Shown here: positions 46,990-58,409 of the stretch, piece after piece
How the letters are laid out: every line of letters begins with the position of its first letter
Numbering within the stretch: position 1 is the stretch's first letter
Assembly (NCBI GenBank): GCA_951406725.2
Contig: OX597814.1
Location: 72,850,001-72,914,000, forward strand
DNA from: Octopus vulgaris
Lineage: Eukaryota
Length of the DNA: 64,000 nt
Direction: 5' to 3'
The notes under the pieces: model-generated
The model's input: the letters and a program-made list of their open reading frames with translations, nothing else
Told to the model about the DNA's origin: nothing
The model's database searches: none
Translations under genes and position numbers: made by a program

Positions 46990-47737
46990 GACCATTGATT
47001 GCCATTCCACAATTTTTGTTCTACATATTGCAGCGGCATGCTGTATCTCCTCCTATCTCACATTATTTTCCACTTTCATTTTTCTATCATTAGAAAAATA
47101 TACACCCCCTCATTTTTCTAATGGCAGCCCTCCTACCACCACCATCTTAATTCATCTCCTACTATTTCCCCCTGTATGTACCTCTGGCTTTGTCCTTGCA
47201 CCATCTCTCCCTCATGCTTCTCTGCCACCTATTACCTTCCTGTCCCACATCTATTTTCTCTACCTTCCCCTCCAATTGATATTCATGATCAACCATGCCC
47301 TATCATGTTCACCCCTCACTATATTTCCCTCTATTCTTGTCTTTCTGACACTCTCCTCCCACTTCCATGAACTTACCCACCCATATCACTTCTTATATTC
47401 ATCTTCCTATAACTGAAAAGTTCATGCTGATACAACTTCATCGTTATTTCCCAACTAAAGTAACCACACATCTCTCTACAGCAAGACACTTGTTCCTGTT
47501 TCACTGTCATACTTTAGCCTCTCATCACTAGGCATAAAACCACCCCTCTATAGTCGAGAGTTCTTGGTGACTTCACTAGTGCAAGTGCCACATAAAAAGC
47601 ACCCAGTACAAACTGTAAAGTGATTGGCATTAGAAAGGGCATCCAGCTGTATGTAGAAACCATGCCAAAGCAGTTCAATGCATTCCTCTGGCTCACCAGC
47701 ATGAAAAATGGATGCTAAATGATGATGATGATGATGA
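46990..47737 (+). repeat. Non-autonomous element with pyrimidine-rich body and RTE-type tail (related copies about 54420-55350 + and 32880-33250 -)
   Basis: C/T-rich body followed by aaaagcacccagtac...ggcattagaaagggcatccagctgt...gatgctaaatgatgatgatgatg. Confidence 0.6.
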
Positions 47738-48387
47738 CTGGAATTTCTAACTAAAGCAGGGGAGATTATTGTTCATTGTACTACAATTGCTTACCATTTA
47801 ACATTTTTAAAGTGCCCACTCCATCAAATGTTCTAAACTGGCCGATGAGTATGAGCTTTCCTATCTAATGACTATTAGCCTCATCAACTTTGTGTAACAA
47901 GAAATTGAGATGTATTTCTGATATTAGCAGTGCACAGAAAAGTAGTGACATGCAGCTGTCAATGAAGTCTCCGTGCAATCTATTTAGAGGATACAATAGT
48001 ATAATTTAATTTAATTTAATGGGTCCATCTTCTTCAAGCAGTTGCATTTCCCCATGCTGTACCAGGAATTCTTGTCCTTCATTAGCTTTTAACTTCTCAA
48101 TTTCTTATTACAATTCTCACCCAAACTCACTATTTTCATGGCATACTTTTTTGATTTTTTTTGAGTCAAAACTAATTAAGCTGTTGGTTGATAGCTATAT
48201 TTCTCCATCATTATTATCATTGGGGTAGAGATAAAATTTAAGTTTGTTACATCTATCACTTGATTTGTGGAGCAAGGTCCCTAAAGGTAAGAACTTTGTA
48301 TTCGGTCCTTTTCAAAATGAAATATTGAATATTAGCTAATTAAGTAAAAATGAACACCTAATTTTATCATTATTAATATTCACTATA

Positions 48388-48775
48388 GGTGCAGAAGTGG
48401 CTGTGTGGTAAGTAGCTTGCTTACCTACCACATGGTTCCGGGTTCAGTTCCACTGCATAGTACCTTGGGCAAGTGTCTTCTACAAGGCCTCGTTAGTGGA
48501 TTTGGTAGGCAGAAACTGAAAGAAGCCTGTCGTATATATGTCTATATGTATATATACGCGCATGCTTGTGTGTCTGTGTTTGTCCTCCCCAACATCGCTT
48601 GACAACCGATGCTGGTGTGTTTAAGTCCCTGTAACTTAGCGGTTCGGCAAAAGAAATTGATAGAATAAGTACTAGGCTTACAAAGAATAATCCTGGGGCT
48701 GATTTGCTCGACTAAAGGCGGTGATCCAGCATGGCCGCAGTCAAATGACTCAAACAAGTAAAAGAGTAAAAGAAT
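48388..48775 (+). repeat. tRNA-derived SINE family B, near full length (further pieces about 16120-16330, 33645-34170, 38050-38150, 48995-49200, 49485-49612 with 50390-50600)
   Basis: gtggctgtgtggtaag...ggttccgggttcagttccactg...ccttgggcaagtgtctt, central (TA/TG) microsatellite, then gcttgacaaccgatgctggtgtgttt...cagcatggccgcagtcaaatgact.aaacaagtaaaagag. Confidence 0.85.
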
Positions 48776-50954
48776 ATTCACTAGCTTAAAAGCTGCACTC
48801 CATGCAGACTTTTAAGCTGGCTCCTGTGGAGGGCTAATTGAACCTATGGCCAAAAACCAAAACAACAGCAATAATAATAAATCATTTATTGGTACCCTAC
48901 CAATTTGGTATTACTCTCAATTCAGTTTAATTGAAAAACTTGTAAGTTCACAAATTTTTGGAGTTCTTTTAAAATTTGAATAGATTATATATATGTGTGT
49001 GTGTATAAGGTATTGTGGCTTTGCATATGTTTGTCCCCTACCATTGCTTGATAACTAGTGCTGCTGTGCTTACATTCACGTAACTTAGTGGTTTGCTAAA
49101 AGTGGCCAATAAAAAAACCAAAGGATTAGTGTTGATTTCTTCGATTAAAATTTTTCAAGGCGGTTACCCCAGCGTGGCTGCAATTTAATGACCGAGAAAG
49201 AAAAAAAAAGCACTAAATTCCATAGTAAAACTTAAAGCTAAGGGAGGTTTTACCATGTTTTACCAAGTTTTACCATGGCGTTGAAACCTCACACGGTTGC
49301 TTTACCTGCTAGAAATAGCAACCCAATTCTGGCTGTTCAAGAACCAAATGAAGGGCATATTTCCAATCATGGGATCATCCTGATTCCAAAAGTTATAATA
49401 TGCCTATGTAGACTAAGATACAGGCGTACCAGATGGACAAATAGAATTTCGCTTTTATTAATATAATTTATTGTTTAGAGAGTTTTGTGGCAAGAAGCTT
49501 ACTTCCCAACCACATGGTTCTGGTTTCAATCCCACTGCATGGCATCATGGGCAAATAAAACCTTGTGAGTAGATTTGGTAGAAAGAAATCTGTTATATAT
49601 ATATAAACTAAGAAATCGACTATGATGTAAGACACACCATTCTTTGTCTTTATTCTCATTACCAATGTATCCCTATGTCTTTCACTCTTCTTACCTCTAC
49701 ATTTTGATGATGTCTACTACTACAACTGGTAAACAGAAACTATTGTAAATGTACTATTACTACCACTTTTCTTCATTAATTAATGGCTAACTAGCGCAAA
49801 CGACCAACTTCTTCCTGTTATATTTCCTCCATTTTCTTCTTGCACACACACACACACATTTCGTTTTTGGATAAAGATTGCAACACGCAACAAAAAATTT
49901 AGAAAAATAAAAAAGAAATTTGGAAATTTTACCGGTGAGTGTGTTAAATTATAAGGCAATAAAAGAGAATGACTCTCCCCAGACACAACAGGTATATATA
50001 TATATATATATATAATATAAATTAGAGAAAAACCACTATTATGCAATTCAAAAAATGATAGACATAAACCAAAACATAAATAACAAATAAAATATATTTT
50101 TATAAAACGTATAACTAGATCACAAAAAGTATAAAAATGAATAATATATAATATGTAGAAAAAACTACGTACGTTTCATGGCTATAATTAAATTCGAATT
50201 ATAATTAAATTCAAATTTAATTTAAATGAATTCAAATTAAAATTATAGTCAATCTTCAGCTTAAGAATAATAATTAAATAAATGAGCAAATAGAGTTAAA
50301 CAATATTTATTAAAAAAAAAAATCTTTCTTATAGAAGAAACTCCATTAACTAAATTTGAGACTTAAAACACACACACACATATATATATATATATAGTGT
50401 GTGTGTTTTTGTGTGTCAGTGTTTTTGTGTCAGTGTCACCACCGTTTCACAACCAGTGTTGGTGTGTTTACCTTCCCATAACTTAGCCGTCAGGCAAAAG
50501 TTGCCGACAGGCTTAACAAAATTAAGTACTGGGGTTGATTCATTCCACAAAATATTCTTCAAAGCAGTGCTCCAGCATAGCCAGTCTAGTGACTGAAGAA
50601 AAAAAAGATTTAATATCTAAATACTGTGCCTACAGGCTTTGCTGTATGTATGGTTTGGGTTCTTTTTTGTCACAAAAAAAAAAAAAAGATTCAGTTAGTG
50701 GTTTGTGCATCGTCTGGGAGAGGAGACAGTGGATGGCATAAGGAATCTGATATGCAGCTAGCTAGCTTTGAGAAGCAGAAACTGTTGTAATTGGCAGAGA
50801 AAATGCAGTAAGAAGACAGTGAATATCGAGGTTGGAATGAGTTGGTGAGTGAAAACTTGCTAATCCATTGGATGTCTTTTTTTTTGGATGCGTATTCATG
50901 TATGTATCCATGTCTATATTATACTTCTATTTGTGTATATGCATATACTTACTT

Positions 50955-51364
50955 GTGATCTTTTCGGTTTGAACGACAGTTTTTTCTAGCGGTGTCATAT
51001 GAAATTGTTACCCATAATTATGACCCTAGTATCGATCTTTTGCATTTCAATCTGTTTTAGGGTTAGGGTTAGAGGGAAGGGTATCTTTTTTTCTTCAGAA
51101 ATGTAAACAAACCCAATCTGTTTCTTAAACGAAGGACATATTCATACGGCACAGAATGCTTTCACCTCAATAGACGTCATTGATTGGTTGAAATTTCAGA
51201 AAATGAAGAAAAATAACAAATATCTTACAAACTATAGAATTTTCTCAATAAAGCCAAGAGAAAAAGATGTTTTATAAATACATTCTACCAGTATACGAAG
51301 TTTAAAAGTGTTTAGCTACGTGGAAATTATTTTAAAAAACTGCCATTCAAACCGAAAAGATCCC
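50955..51364. mobile_element. MITE (410 bp) with about 30-bp TIRs, 6-bp TSD and internal TTAGGG repeats
   Basis: TTACTT|GTGATCTTTTCGGTTTGAACGACAGTTTTTT ... AAAAAACTGCCATTCAAACCGAAAAGATCCC|TTACTT. TTAGGGTTAGGGTTAGAGGG at about 51056-51076. Confidence 0.85.
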
Positions 51365-51865
51365 TTACTTATATGTTAGTTGTATGCTGATATGCCACGA
51401 CTGTCTTGAGAATAAAATTTTTCAAAATTATCTTACTCAGCTTACGTGTGTATAACTATGTACAGCGCATATATTCGAATAATTTTACCATCTTTTTTCT
51501 TCTACCTCCTTTTCGTTTTGTCGCTCTAGTCAGTGACTTGTCATCTATAAACTATCTTTAATTTTGTTGAAAGTATTTCGACATACTTCTTCAGTGAAGA
51601 GTACAGCTCGAAACATCAGAATTCGCTTTCTCTCGCAGCATCAAATTCAGTGGGGTGAAGGGAAACGACTCTAGGATTTCAACAGTAAATGGGTATAATT
51701 ATTGCCCTTGTTTTCTTCGAACTTTTTAAATGACTGCAGCTTTATTGGGACGACCGTGTAAAGTTTCGACCATTTTTCAAAGCCCGAATTTTACCACCCC
51801 TTGAAATATGCCCTTTCGTTACATTCTTCCTAAATTATTTATAAATTAATATGAAATTTTCATTT

Positions 51866-52034
51866 TTTGTCACAAGGGCAGCTGGGAGAGGATTAACTCG
51901 ATTACATCAACTTAACTGGCACTTATTTAATCAACTCTGAAAGGATGAAAGGCAAAGTCGACCTCGGCAGAATTTGAACTGAGAACGTAGTGGCTGACGA
52001 AATGCCTCTATGCATTCTGCCAGCTCGCCGCCTT
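51866..52034 (-). repeat. SINE family A
   Basis: aaggatgaaaggcaaagtcgacctcggcagaatttgaactgagaacg...ctgccagctcgccgcctt. Confidence 0.8.
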
Positions 52035-52985
52035 GATGAAAAGAATCTAATACCAAATTTAGTAATAATGAATAAACAATAAATGATAAATCCATGAAGT
52101 GCATTTGAACTAAGATATTTAATAAATCAATCAGTAATAATAGTAAATCAAGCATGGCAGAGTTAAAAGTTGGTCTGTATTGTTTATTTCAATATGTTAT
52201 TGGGATCAATTCATTTCAACTTTACCAATAATGTTATCCCAACATTCTAGTTCATCTTCACTTAAAATTACTAAACCTAATATGAAACATATGTTTATGT
52301 ATTTATTTTGTAAGATTTCTGATGTGAAATTGTGTGTTGAAACAGATATTTTAGGATGGTCATTTTTTTTTTATTGTGTGACATTTTTATTGTGTATTTT
52401 TGCCAAAGTTCACATACATGGGATGGAGCTGCTATTACACTCTCAAACATTCTTGACCACATCTTAGAAGGTCGTTTAACTGATTGACAAAGATTCACTC
52501 AATAACACTCCATAATCCCATTGACTTACAGTCATATCCACCTCTCTACTCCTTTTACTGCTACAATGTCAGTTTCTGCTTCTTTGAACTAGCTATTAGC
52601 ATATTCTTTTCACTGAACTGCATCTGACGTATTTTATATAATCTTTCAGTGACACAAGATCCTTGTTCTTATACTAATCAAACACTCTGCCTAAACTTTC
52701 ATCCCTAAAGGTGCAACCCTCTTCAATTTCATCTCTACCCATATCTGGTTTCTGCAGATATTCAAAAACACACAAACTGTTCAATTCCCCAGTTAGACCA
52801 CAGCCATACAACATTTACCTCTCCTCCTCTGATTTAAAAAAAAAGTGGTGTTGCTGGCTAAATTATTACCATCCATAACCATAAATATAATGTTTCATTT
52901 TTTCTTGCCTCTCCTTTATTCAGAGTGGATAACAATGAATGACTAAACAATTAGCCAAGTTTTTATAGTGTCAGATGAAAAAAAA

Positions 52986-54416
52986 AAGTTTATGAAACTT
53001 TGCAACTATTTGCATTATCTTCTTCCTTTGGCTTTGCTTGTTGTAATTTTACTAATTTCCATTTCTCTTTGATATTTCCAAATAATCTTATTCTTCTGTA
53101 TGATTTTCCCTCTCTCTTACTTGGAATGAAGTGGTAAATGCTACCTTGAAGATGCTGCGTCATATGGAGATGACAAAGGACTACATTTGGTGCTGTAAAA
53201 AGCTCACCCACCCATAACAATACTCATAACAAAAAGTTAGTGTTTAGAAACTGCAATGTTTGTATTTGTGGTATTTGTCCTGATTTTCTCTCCTCTGAGT
53301 TCAAATTGCACTGAGATCAATTAAGGCTTTCATCCCTTTCATGTTGATAAAGGAACAATATAGGGCAGTGGGTTGATAGACTTATTAGAACATCAGGCAG
53401 TATGTTCTGGCTCTGTGCATTGTGAATTCAAATGCCACCTCCTGTTACTGGGGGAAAAAGACGAAGGGAAAATAAATAGTGACACTTGTATAAGGATTTG
53501 CATCTGACAGATCGTATCAGCAATGGAAACTTTCCTCAGTTTGATCAGAAAATAAGCTGCTACCTCCACACAACACCATAGAAAAAAATGTAACTAAATG
53601 AATATAATTTAAAAGTTAAATAAATATATATTTTGTCCTAAATAAATTATATACAGATATATTCTGGGACTAAAGTGTTTTGCACAAGATCAATGTATTA
53701 GCAACAATGCAGATAGAAAGTTGAATTTTGAAGGACAGATTAGATGCATTTGATTCATTATGAGTAGTTAGCTTCCTGTTTTTTTGTTTTTTTTACCTAA
53801 ATCAGTAGACAGTTGTCAGACAACTTTCAAGCAAAACAATAATCTATAAAAATTAAAAACGAAATGTTGCTGTAAACTTCCCTTCATTAGATTTGTCATA
53901 TTTAATTGTAGTTAATCTCACTAAAAACAAATTTTTGTGTTAATGGATGTTAATAACCTTGTTTAATAAGGAGATTATCTCTTCTTCAGCCAATCTAAAA
54001 CTAAAATCAGAGACAGACACACGAATTAATGACAAAAATGTATGTATATATTTGTTGATTTCTTAAACTGAGGTCAATATTACATAGATGAAACTCTACC
54101 TACTGTTTAAAACAGGTTGAATTCTATTTTTAATAATTGGCTTCCCTTTTGAAATCACCCTTTATCATCACTTTTTGAAAGTTTATGAAACTTTGCAAGT
54201 ATTTGCATTATCTTCTTCCTTTGGCTTTCCCAATAATCTTATTCTTCAGTATGATTTTTCCTCTCACTTACTTGGAATGAAGTGGTAAATGCTACCTTGA
54301 AGATGCTGTGTCATATGAAGGAGATGACAAAGGACTACATTTGGTGCTGTAAAAAGCTCACCCACCAATAACAATACTCTAACAAAAAGTAAGTGTTTAG
54401 AAACTGTAATGTTTGT
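52986..54416. repeat. Direct duplication: 52986-53263 and 54179-54416
   Basis: Shared aagtttatgaaactttgcaa.tatttgcattatcttcttcctttggcttt ... aagtggtaaatgctaccttgaagatgctg ... gtgtttagaaactg.aatgtttgt. The second copy has a deletion of about 40 bp. Confidence 0.9.
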
Positions 54417-55678
54417 CCCAGTTAGGCCTAGATTTGATGCACCCTCACTCACCTTACATCCTTGACACTCACACCTAGCTACCTTTCAATGCCTTTCTTG
54501 CTGATAGTCTTCCAAAATTTGTCTCACCTTCCCAAAATTTATGTTGACCACATCATCCTCATCAAGACTCACTTGCCCTTCAGCAAACCTAAATTTAAGA
54601 GGTGGCATTAGGCCACCATCATCTCCCACTCCAATACACTCTAACTTCACCATACTGTGCTGCTAGCAACCACTCTCCTCTGAGCTACCTCTTTTGCTAC
54701 TCCTCCATACACTTGCCTATCTCGTCACCTACCTTAGTTCACTTGCTTTTTCCCAGCCCTTCCTCTTTTCTTGAACACCTCTACATGTCCCTGTTTTCTT
54801 TCTTTCATAGTCTTGTTCTCTACACCATCACACTTCTACCCACCCTGGTCCTTCTAAAGTCATAATTCTTTCTCTTCAATTCCCCTTCTCAGTCACCAGT
54901 ATAAATGCACACACCTGAATTTATTGAGTACTCTGTGTACCTACACTTACTCCCCTATCCTCATCTCTCTAATAACCATTTCTAGCCTTTCTGTCATCAT
55001 TGTTCCTGCTTCAAATTTATGTTTACTGTGTACACGGCCCCACCACCTCTGCTAACATTGTAAAGTAGTTGGCTAAATGAACAGAGAAAGTATAAGTTTA
55101 TAAGGTCCCTTTAGTCTTACCAAAGACTATTCAATCTCTCTAATATTCGTGTCATGAGTAAATGCAGCCAATACAATCTATAAAAGTGGTTGATATTAGG
55201 AAAAGCATCCAGCTGTAGAAATCAAGCCAAAAGACACATATGAACACCTAGTCTTTGGAGCTGTTGCTTCCACTGGGAAGCAACTTGGATCGTAATGACT
55301 CATTCATCCCATACCAGCATAGAAAGCAAATGTAAATTGATGATAATGATAGTTTCATTTACCTCAATATTTGCAAGAAAATAAAATCAATGATCAAGTA
55401 ATTCTATTATAAATAAATCAAACAATTTCATTATATTTTATTTAAAACAGGCAATATCATGCCTAGGTAGGTGAATAGTATTAAACTCAAGGTTATAAGT
55501 TTCCCACCTCTAAAGCTATATGCAACCTCTGATACCTTTAAGTATGGCCTTCTAGAAGTAATCTGGATTTTACATAAATGATACACAGTATTATATTTAT
55601 GATAATGTTCTTAAATTGTCACAAATTGTCTATAAAAGAATAAGCACATAACTTCATTCATCAATTTTTATGATCTTA

Positions 55679-56178
55679 CTAGCAGTATCGCCCGGCGTTG
55701 CTCGGGTTTGTAAGGGAAATAACTATATAAGCATTTTTAGTGAGTTATAGCAAAAAAATGCATTAAAAATGGAATAAAAAATGATGGTAATTTTGGTGTC
55801 TTCAAGCCATGAAGTCGTTGTTCTAAAAGAACGCTGGTCTCCTTGACAATGCTTTACGACGTTGATTTCCTTACACTCCCTTCCCCACAGCTTCACGAGG
55901 GAGGGAAGAAGGGGGAGAAGCAAACAGGTGCAGGTGTGAACGTGGACGCCAACTCTGCCGCCATCGACACGAAAAAATATGCATTAAAATGGAATAAAAA
56001 ATGATGTTAAATTATTTTTAAAATCGTAGACTCATGCTAATACCCAGACGGGCTCGATATGAATCATGACTATAAGATACCCGAATTTGGTTAAACTGCA
56101 CTGCAAAATGTGGGAGTAGTTAGGAATCTAAATCGAAGGGGACAGACACTCACACAACTACAGTTTTATATATATAGA
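55679..56178 (-). mobile_element. Non-autonomous Helitron (500 bp) with intact 3' hairpin
   Basis: A|TCTATATATATAAAACTG ... CCCGAGCAACGCCGGG (hairpin) CGATACTG CTAG|T on the - strand. Confidence 0.85.
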
Positions 56179-56896
56179 TTTCCACCATATTATATATGTA
56201 TAAAGCAGGAGTCAAACACCTTTTGAAACGATCATTTTTAACACTTCCTATTCTAATTTTCGTAAATCCTAATAATAAATAATAATTTTTGTATACACAC
56301 AAAACCTATTTATTTTGTAATTTTCAATGTCTATTCATAGAGTAGTTTATTTGTAAACTGGTGGAAATGCAGTTACAAATAGAAAAATTACTCAGTGAAA
56401 CTAAACGGCTGAAATAAGACCAGAAAATTTGAATTCTTTAGCAGTTGTCACTACCTAATAGTAATGAATAGTTAGGTGCATGGCAATAGGACAAACTACA
56501 ACAGGAATTGATCAAAATTTCTAATCTACAAATAGAAGGAATAGAAAATGGAAAGTGATGGTAATAAATCTTTTCCTGCTTGAAAATATTATTGACTTTC
56601 AAACATTTTGAAACAGCAGAGGAGAAAAGAAAGCAACTCAAATTCCAGAATATGATTTCTAAGATAAAAGAGAAATTTCTATCACATGAATACTGCCTTT
56701 GCTATTGAATAAATAATTCTGGTTGTATCAAGAATTCCAAATAAAAGTCAACTAAGAATGTCGTTGGCATTTATTTTATCATCCATTAAAATCAAACTCA
56801 ACAAGATTTGCTTTCTCAACTGTAATCAATCTCACTGTTCTTTGATAATTTAGAGTGGTATTCTACTACTAAAATGGTTAACTTTACTTTCAAACA

Positions 56897-57199
56897 TTTG
56901 TAAGGGAAATAACTATATAAGCATTTTTAGTGAGTTATAGCAAAAAAATGCATTAAAAATGGAATAAAAAATGATGGTAATTTTGGTGTCTTCAAGCCAT
57001 GAAGTCGTTGTTCTAAAAGAACGCTGGTCTCCTTGACAATGCTTTACGACGTTGATTTCCTTACACTCCCTTCCCCACAGCTTCACGAGGGAGGGAAGAA
57101 GGGGGAGAAGCAAACAGGTGCAGGTGTGAGCGTGGACGCCAACTCCGCCGCCATCGACATGAAAAAATATGCATTAAAATGGAATAAAAAATGATGTTA
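56897..57199 (-). repeat. Near-identical copy of the Helitron interior 55707-56009, without termini
   Basis: Identical 66-aa spurious ORFs at 55723 and 56913. Only three substitutions seen over about 300 bp. Confidence 0.9.
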
Positions 57200-58409
57200 T
57201 CTTTGAAATGATCCTATCTTTGAAAGGATCATCAAAAGGCTCTTCTAAGAAATCTAACAAGAAATGACTAATGCTTCTTCTCTCTGACCATTACATGAAC
57301 CTGAAGGTATAGTCTAACAATGACCAAGTGTATTGATGATTAAGTATTTATAGTGAAAAGCTGCAGGACTGAAGATTCAAGATTAGTTTCAGCATGCCAT
57401 TCAATTGTACATTTAAATTTTTCTTAATGATACAAATTTTAATTTTGAATAGATAGGAAAAAAATTTCTTGTAACACATATACAAAAATGCACTTTACAA
57501 ACATTTTTCTTTTGAATATAAAAAGGGAACAACTTTAAACAATGTCTCACGACAAATTCTAAATAATTAACAACCCAGAATTCAGTCAATTTAAACAATT
57601 TATTTTCCACAAAAATGTTTTCTTCTTTATATAATTGAATTGTTTTTCCAGCCAGTGTTTGGACTAACTGGAAATTATAATTTAAAAAAAAAAATTTTAT
57701 TAATAATTATAAAGACATTTACATGAATTTACAACATTTTCAAGCACAGAAATGGTTTCAAAATATCACAGTAAGAAAAGGATGGATAGGCAGATGGGTA
57801 ACAAATGATTTCTTTCATTCTCTTTTAGATTTCATAACAATAATTAATGGGATTCTTCAATTAAGCTTGTCATTTGTATCATTAAACAAGACAAGTTTTT
57901 CCATACCACTCATGAAGAAAACTACTGGATAAAAATGAAAATGTTTAATAACGAATATGATAACGGTATCACCAGTTGATTAATATCATTGTAACATTTT
58001 AGTAATAATTGTTTCTTACATCAGAATGGAGACAAAGATTATTTTTAGAGTTTGAGAAATAGGATGTGTTTTTAATGTTCTTGGAAAAACATCAACATTA
58101 TAGGGAAACTGCTCCAACTGGATATTCAAAAGCATGCTATGAGGCTTCATATGCTGGACCAAACCCCTACTCAGGTGATGCTCATTACAATAATGATGAT
58201 TTCTGATGAAAGAAGGCCTCAACTGTATAGTGGAAGAGAAATATATGTGATGTTCATGCTTTCCAAATGGAACTATTGATGTAAATGAAGTAAAGTAGCT
58301 CCAGCTGGATATGAAAATCAGGTCTTAGACTTGGCCCACTGGAAATTGCCTATTTTCTATGCTAAAAAGCTTGTCTCATAATAATAATAATAATATGATA
58401 ATGATTAAT

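Larger units (their letters stand above)
48000..58222 (-). pseudogene. Candidate decayed multi-exon gene of unknown family
   Basis: Exon-like segments with acceptors and/or donors and protein-like frames broken by stops: 58020-58222, 57300 downward, 53192/54346 downward, 52530-52751, 48280 downward. No family recognised. Confidence 0.3.

Noticed and set aside
46988-47416. 142-aa hydrophobic ORF as a membrane protein
   Set aside because: It arises from a pyrimidine-rich repeat body. The composition explains the L/F/S/P bias, and there is no splice or homology support.
51056-51076. Telomere or chromosome-fusion scar
   Set aside because: Only about three TTAGGG-like units, enclosed within a TIR/TSD-bounded MITE
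55723-57113. Two identical 66-aa ORFs as a duplicated small gene
   Set aside because: Both lie in duplicated Helitron interior, have non-ATG starts and show no coding signature
56440-58222. Idea that stops in the candidate pseudo-exons are repaired by A-to-I editing to Trp
   Set aside because: It would need many edits, and frameshifts and a TE insertion also break the frames. Ordinary decay is simpler.
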